Assembly: GCA_951406725.2 (NCBI GenBank)
Contig: OX597817.1
Span: 8,494,001 to 8,558,000 of the forward strand
Direction: 5' to 3'
DNA length: 64,000 bases
Source of the DNA: Octopus vulgaris
Lineage: Eukaryota
Shown: positions 13,447 to 26,862 of the stretch, one piece after another
Layout: each line of letters begins with the position of its first letter
How positions within the stretch are numbered: the stretch's first letter is position 1
Position numbers and translations under genes: made by a program
Notes under the pieces: model-generated
The model's database searches: none
Seen by the model: only the letters and a program-made list of their open reading frames with translations
Told to the model about the DNA's origin: nothing

Positions 13447-13930
13447 ACAATCCAAGGACAGGAGATTGCTACTAAATACCTAATCAACAAAAGAATCAAT
13501 AAAGCTCTTGTAGTTCCAAGATGCAACTATAAATGTAGATTATGTCATATTTCTGTGGAAGACTTTACACATGTGATTAGCTGCTGTCATGTCACTACCT
13601 TCCTATGTGACACGACATTGTCGCAAATACAATGTACAATGCCATTCAGAAAAAGAAGAATGTCCTGGAATAGATAGAGAGAATCCATCTGTTTTTGAAT
13701 ACATACACAAATACTAGCATCAAGGAATACTGGTGGAACATTCCCTTCAAAACATCTGTCAAGAGTAAGCATAACAGGCCAGACATTGTTGTTTGGGACA
13801 GACAAGAAAAGGTACGAATCGCCATAGAGGTCAGGTGTCTTGCTGATGTGAATATCAATTTGAAAATCAAGAGACAGAAGATAACTATGGACAGCTGCTT
13901 CAGAACATCCAGTTTCTACATCGTAAGATT
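13447..13930 (+). mobile_element. R4/Dong-like non-LTR retrotransposon fragment (zinc knuckle plus restriction-like endonuclease)
   Basis: KCRLCHISVEDFTHVISCC (CCHC), HDIVA, and WWNIPFKTSVKSKHNRPDIVVWDRQEKVRIAIEV (PD..D..E RLE motif); frameshifts and stops. Confidence 0.88.
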
Positions 13931-13949
13931 GTGGCCTTGCTGTGGAACC

Positions 13950-14330
13950 GTTTGGTAGAATTTTTGGTCGAATGAATCGACCCCCAGTACTTACATTTTG
14001 TTAAGCTGGATACTTACCTATTCCATCGGTCACTTATGCCGAACTGTTAAGTTACGGGGGGCTTAAACATAACAACCCCTGTTGTCAAGCAGTACTAGGG
14101 GAAAAAGGAGCCAATCACACACACTCACACACATACACACACACACAAACACACACATATGCATATACGACAGGCTTCTTTCAATTTCCGTCTACCAAAT
14201 CCACTCACAAGGCTTTGGTCGGCCCGAGGCTATAGTAGAAGACACTTGCCCAACGTGCCACGCAGTGGGACTGAACCCGGAACCATGTGTTTGGTAAACA
14301 AGCTACTTACCACACAGCCACTCCTGCGCC
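13950..14330 (-). mobile_element. SINE family A
   Basis: Match to family A. Confidence 0.85.
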
Positions 14331-14533
14331 TGTGTGTATATATATATATTCATACACAAACACACACACTACCTGCTTGAAACGACATGTTTTTACTTTC
14401 AACTTTCCATCTGAATTTTCACAGAGATTCAAGCATATATTGCCCATCCATTTCACTTCTGTTAGTTTTGTTTGTATTCTTGAGGCCGTCGTTCGTCACC
14501 TGTTTTCCAATATAGATGTGTGTGTGCATGAAT

Positions 14534-14569
<36 letters not shown>

Positions 14570-15639
14570 ACACACACACACACACATACACACACACACA
14601 AACACACACACACAGAGAAATATATATAATATGTGTGGACAAGCAAAAATGAAATTGGCACTCAACACATCTATTTGGTAAGAATGGTTCTTGGAATCTA
14701 GACTGGAATACTGAACTGAAAATGATGTCGATACGAGTTTAATAAGACGATGTGACGCTCGTTGGCCAACAGCAACTCAATATCCAGGAGCCATCTTCTC
14801 ATCAAATTCGGTTTCTACGCACTTGATAAGATATATTCGTTTGACGATCCTACGAAATATTAAGTTGCATGGAAAAGAATCACACACACACAACACACGT
14901 GTGTGTGTGTATTAAGTTTGCGCCTTTTCAGAGACAGTGTAATCTCAGCCTTTTCGTAAAGTTTTGTTTTCTGTTCTATTCAACGCACCGTTTGATAACA
15001 TGAGTACGTTTGAACATTTCAGATATGCGAAAATTATTTGCATAACGCTTCTTGAGTTTTGCAATGAATCACTAGATGTTAAGAGCTGAAACCTTTACAA
15101 GGAAGCACAGCCCTTGGGACGTAGTATTTGCTATGTTAATATAGCGAGCTCTAGGAAAGACATGCAGAGATTGCATTGCTTAAAATTTGTGGAGATTTTG
15201 AACGTTTTAATTGTGTATAGTCCAGCACCAGAAAATTATCGAACGTCTTAAAGTAAAGACCTGATTATTTGTGAAACGGAGACTCCTAGCAATGAAAGTA
15301 AAGCAATCAAGATATTGAATGTGAGTTCATTAAGTATTTGTACAGATTGCTGGACGATAAGATTCATTGATTAATAAATTAATTTACTTCCTGCAACGAG
15401 AGATATTTATCAGTTGGTTATTAAACCAGTGGCCGTTAGCAATCGTTTAACAACTTGATTTGTATGGATAAAATAAGATAATCGAAATAAATATTTAAAG
15501 AAAAAACGGTCTCGTCCGTAGTTGTATATTCTATAGTACTTGGTGAGCGTGCATAGTAAATATATTCTCCATCAGTTTCGATGATGTTCATTAGTGGCCG
15601 AGTATTCCATAGGCCTTTAATACAACCCTCATGCTCAAT

Positions 15640-15856
15640 CAACGTGATACAGTGTGTGAGCCACCGACTGGCTTTTAGTAGCTGAGTATCCGGATTTCTG
15701 ATTAGATTGCAAGCGACCCCACGTTCTGATAAACTACACTTAGCTAAGCTGCTTTTACCCTTGCTCGTACACATCTATCTATCTTATCCCCAAAAGAAAA
15801 GCTCTACCTTGTAATTTGTCCTGTCTGTGTGCAGCCCTGTGTGGCTAATAAAGAAA
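15640..15856 (+). mobile_element. Probable LINE 3' end with a tail similar to SINE family C
   Basis: CCTTGTAATTTGTCCTGTCTGTGTGCAGCCCTGTGTGGCTAATAAAGAAA resembles the SINE C tail and is followed by (TATC)n. Confidence 0.5.
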
Positions 15857-15858
15857 CA

Positions 15859-16165
<307 letters not shown>

Positions 16166-16822
16166 CTTGACATCAGCAGATCCTTCTACACTGATGCTGC
16201 TAATGTCCCGACTGAATATGTTAAGGTCATTATGTGTAGGAAAAGGTGGTAGAAGGAATCGGAAATTTGGTCCCACTGTTTGTATCTTCTGAAAACATGG
16301 TACCTACAAGCAGCGGCAAAAAAAAGATGGTGATGATACAAGCAATTAAGAGATTGTTTGATTGGGAAAAGCAGAGAAGGAAATTTGAACGGAGACATAT
16401 GTATATCAGAATGAGGCCGAGGTGTTTGATGGGAGCGAAAAGAAAAGTGTAAATATGCAGCCGAAACATTGTTTTGATATTTGGACATACATGAAGCAGA
16501 CATGGAGTTGAGAAGGTATATCATTGATGAGGTCGCGAATGGTGACGAAAAGACTTTACAAAGCTAACTCATTGGTTAATTAAGCGAACAATTAATCAAA
16601 CGATCGATTAGTTGATTGCTTAAATAGTTAACCAATTGACAAATGGAAAATAAAGAAGTGAAAAAAAATATAAAAGAAACCAGTGCGTGCGTTTATTATT
16701 GGCATAATGACCCTCTCGTAATGCAACAAGACCGAAACTTTTTCTTAAGATTATAGAAGGTTGAAGCCATCCTTGTAACTTGGAGCTGTTTAAAAGAGAA
16801 ATCCGTCCATTTTAGTTTTATC

Positions 16823-17044
16823 TCTCTTTTACTCTTTTACTTGTTTCAGTCATTTGACGGCGGCCATGCTGGAGCACCGCCTTAAATCGAGCAACTCGAC
16901 CCCGGGACTTATTCTTTTTGTAAGCCCAGTACTTATCCTATCGGTCTCTTTTTGCCGAACCGCTAAGTAACAGGGACATAAACACACCAGCATCGGTTGT
17001 CAAGCAAAGCTAGGGGGACAAAAACAGACACACAAACACACACA

Positions 17045-17098
<54 letters not shown>

Positions 17099-17264
17099 CA
17101 TACGACGGGCTTCTTTCAGTTTCCGTCTACCAAATCCACTCACAAGGCTTTGGTTGGCCCGAGGCTTATAGTAGAAGACACTTGCCCAAGGTGCCACGCA
17201 GTGGGATTGAACCCAGAACCATGTGGTTGGTAAACAAGCTACTTACCACATAGCTACTCCTGCA
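16823..17264 (-). mobile_element. SINE family A
   Basis: Full-length match. Confidence 0.9.
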
Positions 17265-17837
17265 CTTTTTCTTCTCGGTCACAAGTTTGCCTCTTGGTTA
17301 TACGCCTGTTGTTGTAAAGCAGCTTCGTTGGGATATTAAGTGGGATGACGTGACATTGACATTTTGATAGAGTGGCATCACGAGACATTACTAGGACTCT
17401 GACGTCACACTCTTATAAATTGCTAGCTAGACAAGCAGGACTTACTCTGTCATCCTTAAAAATATTATCCCGTGTTCCCTCTCTCTCTGCATTTCCTTGC
17501 TGGTCTCTCTCACAAGTAGTTCCCCATTACATCATCAATATATACGTTCCTGTTTATTATTTCGAAGTTTCCGTTCCTGTTAAATGCAGGGAGGATTTAT
17601 TTTGAAAATAACTCATGTTTATTTATATTCTTATTGGGTCGTTTCATTATTCTTTCCGATTGAACACGTGAATTTGTGAGATCATAATAAATAGCATCAA
17701 GTGCGTTCTTTGAGAAAAATATTATTGTATATACACACACACTGTACGGAGGATGGTGCATGAGATAGACAAGAAAGTGTGTCAAGAGCAACTGTGGGTA
17801 ATAGCCATTCTGTATCAGGTGACCAAATACAAATGAC

Positions 17838-18360
17838 TTGGTAGTTAGATCGTCGGGTTCACAGTGAGTTCGATTCCCGGACCTGGCTGTGTGTCTTGTG
17901 TTCTTGAGCAAGACACTTTATTTCACATTGTTCCAGTTCACTCAGCTGTAGAAATGAGTTGCGACCTCACTGGTGCCAAGCCGATGCAGCTTGGCACCAG
18001 TGTAGAGATATGAGGCTGGTATGCATGGCGAGCTGGCAGAAACGTTAGCACGCCGGGCGAAATGCTGAGCGGTATTTCGTCTCCGTTACGTTGTGAGTTC
18101 AAATTCCGCCGAGGTCGACTTTGCCTTTCATCCTTTCGGGGTCGATAAATTAAGTACCAGTTACGCACTGGGATCGATGTAATCGACTTAATACCTATGT
18201 CTGTCCTTGTTTGTCCCCTCTGTTTGTGGGTAATAAAGAAATAGGTATGCATGGGCGACTTCTGGTCTTCCATAAACAACTTTGCCCGGAGTTGTGCTTC
18301 GGAGGGTAACTTCCTAGGTACAATCTCATGGTCTTCATCACCGAAGGGGGTCTTTACCCT
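17838..18360 (+). mobile_element. tRNA-derived SINE, group D (CORE/V-like TTGTGTTCTTGAGCAAGACACTT), interrupted by a family C SINE
   Basis: tRNA-like head GTTCGATTCC and a central domain shared with 61391-61577; a SINE C insertion splits it. Confidence 0.7.
18027..18243 (+). mobile_element. SINE family C
   Basis: Full length; TSD GGTATGCAT(GG) at 18018 and 18244. Confidence 0.9.
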
Positions 18361-18667
18361 TTTACTTCATATAACCAACAAACATGACAAGGTCCGCCAC
18401 CACACACACACATAAAAGAAAACAATGTCATGTTGTTTGTTTGTTTCTTGTGTTTCTATGGTCTAGCATTATCGTAATTTCATTTTGGCGTTCCTTATAC
18501 ATCGAACACTAGGCGTGGCTGTGTGGTAAGAAGCTTGCTTCCCAATCACTTGGTCCCGGGTTCAATCCCACTGCGTAGCACCTTGGGCGAGTGTCTTCTA
18601 CTATAGCCTCGGGCCTTGTGAGTGGATCTGGAAGACGGAAACTGAAAGAAGCTCGTCGTATATATAC

Positions 18668-18724
<57 letters not shown>

Positions 18725-18742
18725 TTTGTTTTTGTGTGTGTA

Positions 18743-18945
18743 TAGTAAACCCCGCCCAAAAAAAAAACGAAGAACAAACACAACAACAAAAAACAATGCG
18801 AGGACTCGGGTACATGCAAAGTATTAGCAGACGCTCAGGGAAGGAAAGAAAGATAGTTTTGCGTTTCGAGCAAAGCTCTTCATCAGAAAAAGGAGATGGA
18901 AGAAAGTCCAAAGAGCAAAGGGAAACGGGGGAAAAATAATACATA
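18743..18945 (-). mobile_element. Short Penelope/retrozyme-like element with a minimal hammerhead motif
   Basis: Minus strand TTTT-CTGATGA-AGAGC-TTT-GCTC-GAAA-CGCAAAA; homologous to 45392-45585. Confidence 0.65.
18857..18892 (-). ncRNA. Minimal hammerhead ribozyme motif, probably inactivated (C at the U of the NUH site)
   Basis: CUGAUGA and GAAA boxes flank a GAGC/GCUC stem II; short U/A stem I. Confidence 0.6.
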
Positions 18946-19389
18946 TGTATCTGTGTACACATCTATATGCGCCACCATCATCGCTGGACAATTGATGCTG
19001 GTATGTTTACGTCCCCGTAACAAAAGACACCGATATAATAAGTACTAGGCTTACACAGAAAAAGTCCTGCGGTCAATTTTCTTCTACTAAAACCGTTTAA
19101 GGCGGTGCTCCAGTATGGCTGCAGTAAAATGAATGAAACAAGTAAAAGAATAAAAGAAAGATATAAGGAAGAAAATAACTGTTGGTCCTATCTGAGGTGT
19201 GCATAGTGACTGCATCTTTATTTAGAAGGATAAGTATTTATAAATATTTCTGTAATTGTATTGCACTAGTTGCACTCAACACGTTAAATATAATTTGCTT
19301 CTTGTAAATTTCCATATGCATTTGGATCTACGTATATTTTTGTGTCTGCATATCTGTGCATAAAAATGTGTAAAATAAATGCATATATA

Positions 19390-19551
19390 GGCGCAGGAGA
19401 GGCTGTGTGGTAAGTAGCTTGCTTATCAACCACATGGTTCCGGGTTCAGTCCCACTGCGTGGCACCTTGGGTAAGTGTCTTCTACTATAGCCCCGGGCCG
19501 ACCAAAGATTTGTGAGTGGATTTGGTTGACGGAAACTGAAAGAAGCCTGTC

Positions 19552-19623
<72 letters not shown>

Positions 19624-19811
19624 CCTCCTCCCACCATCATCGCTTGACAACTGATGCTGCTGAGTTCGGGTCCCCGTAACTTAGCGGTTCGGCAAAATAG
19701 ACCGATCGAATAAGTACTAGGTTTACAAAGAATAAGTCCGGGGGTCGATTTGTTCGACTAAAGGCGGTGCCCCAGCATGGCCGCAGTCAAATGACTGAAA
19801 CAAGTAAAAGA
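19390..19811 (+). mobile_element. SINE family A
   Basis: Full-length match. Confidence 0.92.
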
Positions 19812-20199
19812 ATATTCATGTGTATATATGTGTGCGCGGACGGATAAGTCTGTGTGTGTGCTAATATGTAGTAGAATAAAAGATAATCACCGAAATAATA
19901 ATGGTGGAGAAGTGGGTCAGTCGGTGTGGGTAGGATGAAAATAGAATTTCTTGGAATTCAATACGGTTTTGTTCGCTGCTTTAGAAGTTAATAGGATGGA
20001 TAAACACAAGGGATGAGTCATACGTGACATTTCATCTGTAGAACCCGAGTAAAATAATACAACTTCCACATAATTTACCAAACAACCAGCCAGACAACGA
20101 GCTCCCAGACATCCAGCTAAATAGCAAACTAAATCACGTTCTAATCCTGGGTGTTGTAGCTAACCGAGTCAATATGGTAGTGTTGTAATGCAAAATAAT

Positions 20200-20397
20200 A
20201 ACAATAATCCTTTCTACTGTAGCCACAAGGCCTGAACTTTGGGCTGGGCGGGGATGGGGTACTTTTTTTTTATCAACTCCGAAAGGATGAAAGGCAAAGT
20301 CGACCTCGGCGGAATTTGAACTCAGAACGTAAGGGTGGACGAAATGCCGCGAAGCATTTTACTCGGCGTGCTAACCATTCTGCCAGCTCAACGCCTT

Positions 20398-20398
<1 letters not shown>
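20200..20398 (-). mobile_element. SINE family C variant
   Basis: GAAAGGATGAAAGGCAAAGTCGACCTCGGCGGAATTTGAACTCAGAACG. Confidence 0.8.
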
Positions 20399-20399
<1 letters not shown>

Positions 20400-20462
<63 letters not shown>

Positions 20463-20538
20463 GATAGACGTCGCCCTTTTCAAACCTATCTAGGCTCATG
20501 GGCCCGGTTTCCTGGTTTCTGTGGCGTATGTGTTATTA

Positions 20539-20606
<68 letters not shown>

Positions 20607-21165
20607 CATATGCCCTGATTCAGTACCAAGCAGTTGTTCTCATGGCTTTTGATCTTAACTGATTGGAAGTGTCATCATGTACATTGTTTTGTCTTGATAT
20701 AAAAGATGGGCTACAGCAAATATTCTGCTCAATACCTCAGATTTGCTTGTCAGTTGTTTGACCTTAACCAGTTGAGCATGTCCCTTAGTGGCTGACGATA
20801 TGTGCATCTCTGATCACGAGCAGAAGGAGTGGGGGAGCATCATAGCCGTGTGTTGAGAGGGATTCTTTGGGGTTTGAATAATTCACCTCTGGAATCATGT
20901 GTGTTTCGTTCAACATCCTTAAACAATCCTTATTCAGGGAGCTTTTGAGCGGGATGGGTTACTCGACCAGAAGAAAATTCTAACTGGGACCCACCTGATA
21001 AGTCATGTGCTGTTTATCTTGATATGAGATCACCATGTCACGCACATATGGTTGTGATGCATGTGCCTAGTATACCCTTATCAGACGGGTAGTCATGATG
21101 GGTATACTGGACTTCGTATATTTTACCCCAGTGTCACTTTGATGGCATGCACTGCTCTCTCACTC

Positions 21166-21246
<81 letters not shown>
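20400..21246. repeat. (AAT)n arrays hosting two inserts (20463-20533 and 20607-21165)
   Basis: Three AAT arrays separated by non-repetitive inserts. Confidence 0.92.
20607..21165 (+). mobile_element. Non-coding insert flanked on both sides by (AAT)n, probably a retroelement 3' UTR
   Basis: Sharp boundaries inside the AAT array; no convincing ORF. Confidence 0.55.
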
Positions 21247-21440
21247 CCTTTCTATTATAGGCACAAGGCCTGAAATTTGGTGGGTGGGGAGGTAGTTGAT
21301 TACATCGACTCCAGTACTGAACTGGCGAAAGGATGAAAGACAAAGTCGACATCGGCGGAATTTTGTACTCAGAACGTAGAGATGGGCGAAATACCGCTAA
21401 GCATTTCGCTCGGTGTACCAACGATTCTGCCAGTTCGCTG
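21245..21440 (-). mobile_element. SINE family C variant
   Basis: Central domain match. Confidence 0.78.
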
Positions 21441-21587
21441 GTTTATGACGTGTAAATAATGAGTTAAAAACCCTATGATTAGAAAAAGAATCGAAAGCTC
21501 TCTAAATGTGACAAACGTTGAAACTACTGGACCAAAATCCTCCGAATTTCTCCCTCCATTTCAGAAACTTTGTTCTTGCCAGTAAGC

Positions 21588-21647
<60 letters not shown>

Positions 21648-23649
21648 CACACATACACACACACTAACACACACACACGTGTATATGTGGGTGAGCCTAT
21701 GTGCGTATATATTACAGAAAGAATAATTAGGCCTCATTCATCAAGACATTGCAAGGCTTTAATAAACGCATATAATATTTGAATACATTTAACCAAACTA
21801 ACAAAGAAGACTCTACATAGTTCAGCTGTCTGCATGATCATAAGGAAAAAAACCCAAATCTCTCTCAGAAGTATATCATGCATAATGTGTATAAACCATA
21901 TCTAAATTTGAAACTTGTTGTTTTAACGATTTGTCAGGACTAGACGATCCTGAATGTATGCCAGTCCAATCAGGACTGACTTAGGGTTAAAAACAACAGC
22001 ACATAAGCACATAATAAATCAATATTCTGACATTTGGTGTTAGTTTCTGCTTCTTAATTTCTCATTCAGTATTTTAAAGAGAAGCCACGTCTGTCGTTGA
22101 AAGAAATTGTTGCTCATGTGTATGGCTTATTAATCAACGGAACACTGTTAAATATTGATTTCTTATGGCTTCTGCGCAAGATCAATATTGTGATCTGTTG
22201 TCCGTAAGATGATTTAAGCGCGTTTATAATACATTTTGTTTTTTAATGAAATCCTTCCCGAATAAATATTGGTTTAGAATATTTATTTTTAGTGTAATTC
22301 TTTATTTTTGTCTTAAACGATCTCATAACTCTTATTGGAGAAATGCATATCATCCCGCATCAAATGTTAATATACTCGTGCTTTAGGCGAAACGGTGTTG
22401 GAAACGTTTTAAATATTCTGGTTTCGGAATTCTAGTGACTAACTGGAAATTGTTGTTACAGATATCCAGCAGAGGAAGATGGCTGTTGTAAAAAGCAACA
22501 TCTACACATGCGTACATATTACTGTTCATAGTGAAGTTTTAGTATGCATAAAGCAGAGGAGATGAGCTATAAAAAGGTGAGAGATTTTTGTTTTAGAGAG
22601 GGATATATGTAGTTTCGGCGGTACAAGGAAGTGACTTGTAAAGTCCAGGTACAATTAAAGTTTAAGAATATTAAAGAAAAGGAAGAAGAAATGTACTGAC
22701 TGTTTCATGTTACTTTTTAAAGTCTATGGAAATTTTAGATGTCTGCGTTTTGAGGCCTCATTGATGTTAACCTCTGCAGAGAGCTTAACTAGAGTTTCTG
22801 AAGCAAAGTGAACTCTTCTAGAGGACCAGAAGAGATGGTATTGAACAAGGCAATATGACATAGTTTTCATCCCATCCTGTTTTCATATACCGAAGTCGCT
22901 GAATTACAATCAACAGCTAATGAAAGAATGCTTGTGTACATGTTTGTAATTTTCCATCTTCTACGTGTCTGGCTTATTCTCTGTGCATAATTTTTCTCTC
23001 TTTTTCTAATTTCTTTCTTTCCATCACACTCTTAAAAAACACACACACCCTCACACTCACACACATATGTGTATGCATGTCTGTATGTTTATATGCATAC
23101 ACACATCCATATACCCATACATACAAACACTCATTTGTACACATACCTACAGCAGAGTCTCACACATGTGATTAAGTGAGTTGAGAAACTTTGATTAAAG
23201 ACTTTCGATGAGAAACTTCAAATTAAAGTCAAAAGGTAATCTATCAGTACTCCGAATCCCAAAACAGGTGAGATAAATGTAATAACAGCAGTTAATCAAA
23301 GTGTTAATCCAATACATCTGGGTGTGTATCTTGTCTTTTAACTGAAGAGTATCTAAGAGAAGAGTTGGAGAATTAAGGGTAGCGTGTTAACAAAACAGAG
23401 CATATTAGTTTGTCATTGGTGTGAACGCGAATAAAATAAGTAGACTTCAGAAAAATCGCTTGCCCTCGGCTCTTATTTTTGTCCTCCTCACCCCAGTATC
23501 CTACTCTTCACTCAGCCCATATCATGATACAATTAGCAGTAGGCTGTGTAGTGTTATCTCAGAACATTTACTAGAAAAAGGAGAATGAGCTTTCCATTAT
23601 TAGCTATTAATTATATTATTGAGTGAAGTTAAAATTTATGATGAATTTA

Positions 23650-23935
23650 CCATCTCGGGTGGTGTACAGTCCTTACCCAATGTTCAGAATTTTATTTTCC
23701 ATGCAGACTCCGAAGAAGAGAGCAATTTCTATTATCTTTGTAGGCCACTCTGAAACCGGTGATTTGATGCCGTTAATGTTAGGTTTAAACTGTTGCAGAT
23801 CATCAGTAACAGGAAAACTATGTGTAAGGAAGATTATAGAGAACCGATGTTCTGTTAGAGAAGGAATGAGCATAGTGGTTAGCACAGAGCGGGAAGATTA
23901 AACACAACAAAAGTGACGATAGTTAGAGAGGGAAA

Positions 23936-24032
<97 letters not shown>

Positions 24033-25080
24033 GAGTGGACCGGGAGTGGGTACGAGATCAGTCAGTTCTGAGGAGCAAAGCATATTACAGCTTCGATAGG
24101 AAAGGTTGTAAGAAGAGAGAACACGCCTGTGGGCCAGAGGCTGGTGTGTGTCTAGGGAGTAAGTGCAAATTAGCCAAATGGCCCTTCTCTGGGTGCGATC
24201 GAAGATGCGTGTGCGCATAGCAGTAACGTTCTCCGTTAAAAAGGTAAAGGCTACCTTCTCGAGTCATACCGACTCATAAAGGCCGGTTTCCCAGTTTCAT
24301 GGCATAAATATTCCCCACCTGGACAAGCCGTCTGTCCGTCGCAGGATTACTCATTTTTGTCAGCTGAGTGCATAAAGCAACGTGAAATGAAGTGTTTTGC
24401 TCAAAGATACAACGCATCGCCCGGTCCAGGAATTGAAACCACAATCTTACGATTATGAATCCAATACCCTAACCACTAAGCCACGTGCCTCCACCTAATC
24501 TATTGTGGACTTTATTTGAAGCGTGTAGAGTGCCAGCGGCTGTTGAGGACTGAAATATTTCCTTGCCTTCAAGAGAAGGGGAAATTTTTGGCTTGCGGTC
24601 TTAGCTATGTTAAGCATATACTTTCGGTGATAGATTCTCGGTGACAGTGAGTCCCGACATTTGGAGCAACAGTAAAGAGTATAAGTGCTACTTAGACTAA
24701 TTCCTTACAGTTTAAAGTGGGTGTGATGCAGTGGTGTTTTCTCAATATCAGTAATGCTTGAATTTTTCTTGTGTTGAAAAGGTTGGCATGACCTCACTAG
24801 AAGACGCTCTGAAGGTCTCTGCCTATGAAATCAACGCAAAATTTCGCATGTGGTGTCTCGATTGCATGTACGTTTGGAGCTGGTCAGAGAGAAATAAAGA
24901 TTTGTTCTATCTGTATGAGAGTAACTGTTGGATGTGGCGGCAAATACGTCATTGCAGAATGGAGAGAGTAAGGAACAGAACGGAACCCGGTGGGACACCC
25001 AAAGTTGATTGAGAATGGGACGCAAAGAATTGAAAAGTTAACAAAGACCAGCGCAGGTAGAAGAGAGAATTTTAACTGCT
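23650..25080 (-). mobile_element. Decayed CR1/Jockey-group LINE ORF2 3' part
   Basis: RT remnants GVPPGSVL...NDVFAATSN (GVPQGS motif); C-terminal FDRTQRRAIWLI...QPLAHRRVLSS...CSSELTDLVP and FP..DLQQFKPNIN. Confidence 0.8.
24238..24494 (-). mobile_element. tRNA-derived SINE group D (V-domain-like) inserted in the CR1-like LINE
   Basis: Minus head GTGGAGGCACGTGGCTTAGTGGTTAGGG, TTGAGCAAAACACTT, CCTGCGACGGAC. Confidence 0.8.
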
Positions 25081-25647
25081 GTTTCTTTTTTTTTTTTTTT
25101 TTGTCATCGTTGCTACTGTCGTTATTGTTAGTGTTGTCGTTGCTGTGGTCTTCGATGATATGATTGCTGTAGTTGTTGTTGTTGGTGTTGTGACTGCAGT
25201 TACAGTCGTTAAGTGTTGACTTCTGTTGCTGTTTTTGTTGTTAGAGCTGTTAAGTGTGGGCTGTCATCGTTGACACTTAATACCATCTATGAATACCAAC
25301 TGCCCTACATTTTCTATTTAGCAGAGGATACTCAAATATGTATGTGTTCTGAATAGCAGAAGATACTGAAAGATGTCTGCAGAAGTCAACAATGACATTT
25401 ACACTCCTACCAGTACCTAATTGGGAAAAGATATTATATTTAACTCATCATTTTTTGTTTTGCAGATAATTACGACAGTAGTGGCTGCTTTGGCAGCCGA
25501 GAACTGAAAGATGAAGCATTTTATTTTTCTTATTTCTCACAATTCATTGTTTTCTATTCCACCTTCCAGATTCAATATATAACTTTCAATAGTATAGAGA
25601 ATTAGAAAATTGAGTTAATCATAAGAAATCAATGTTGAACAATGTTA

Positions 25648-26718
25648 CGAGGGTGGGCTGAAAAGTTCATAAGCTGACTAGGAAAGAGTGACGTTAGGGA
25701 TGTGAAATCCCGCGTGCATTAATTTCAAACTCCTCTTATTAATAACTGCATTGTTTCTTTCCATTTGACTGTTTAAAGAAGACTTGAAAAGTAACAAGTA
25801 GCAACTTCTTTTGAAAATCAACAAAATTTGGCATTGTGGTGTTATCAAGTACCTACAGAAAAAGGGTTTATTCCCCAAGGACATTTATGCTGACATGGTT
25901 GCTACATTAGGGGATGACGTTTCAGCTTTATTAACAGTGCAAAAGTGGGCAGCTGAAGTTCGGAGGGGAATAGGGATTCTTGAAGATGACCCAACATCTG
26001 GACGTCCTAACAACTGGCACCACCGAGGAAAACACGGATTGGGTTCACCACCTGAGGATGAAAGGCGATTGATTATACAAAAAATGACTGACACTATTAG
26101 TATATCCAGGGAGGGAGTTGAGAATATTCCGCACAGTGAACTTGGTACGATGAAGGCTTTTTCTCTGTGGGTGCCACTTCTTTTGACATCTGACGAAATG
26201 CACACCGGGCTGAGCATATCACGGGAAAATCTGATATTGTTTGAGGAAGATCCAACTGTTTTCTTAAACTTCCTAAGTCAGAATGAGTAGTGGAGGCGCA
26301 ATGGCCCAGTGGTTAGGGCAGCGGACTCGCGGTCGTAGGATCGCGGTTTCGATTCCCAGACCGGGCGTTGTGAGTGTTTATTGAGCGAAAACACCTAAAG
26401 CTCCACGAGGCTCCGGCAGGGGATGGTGGTGATCCCTGCTGTACTCTTTCACCACAACTTTCTCTCACTCTTACTTCCTGTTTCTGTTGTACCTGTATTT
26501 CAAAGGGCTAGCCTTGTCACTCTCTGTGTCACGCTGAATATCCCTGAGAACTACGTTAAGGGTTCACGTGTCTGTAGAGTGCTCAGCCACTTACACGTTA
26601 ATTTCACGAGCAGGCTGTTCCGTTGATTCGGATCAACCGGAACCCTCGTCGTCGTAACCGACGGAGTGGTTCCACAAATCAGAATGAGTATTGCATTCAT
26701 CACTTTGAGTTAGAGACA
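25648..26718 (+). mobile_element. Mariner transposon, 3'-truncated by the duplication breakpoint
   Basis: TA plus TIR CGAGGGTGGGCTGAAAAGTTCATA; ORF 25811-26290 HTH region (TVQKWAAEVRRG...EDDPTSGRP) and WVPLLLT motif. Confidence 0.9.
26290..26678 (+). mobile_element. SINE family B inserted in mariner
   Basis: 12-bp TSD TCAGAATGAGTA at 26278-26289 and 26679-26690. Confidence 0.93.
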
Positions 26719-26748
26719 CACTCAGAAACTTTGTTCTTGCCAGTAAGC

Positions 26749-26862
<114 letters not shown>

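Larger units (their letters stand above)
18511..19159 (+). mobile_element. SINE family A, split by a ~200-bp insert in its internal microsatellite
   Basis: Head 18511-18660, tail ~18970-19159. Confidence 0.85.

Noticed and set aside
16170-16560. Purine-rich possible LINE remnant
   Set aside because: No diagnostic motif could be read
22450-25520. Plus-strand splice-like signals in the duplicated unit (22462-22577, 25325-25339, 25466)
   Set aside because: The larger candidate has stops in all three frames and there is no recognisable product; cannot support a gene
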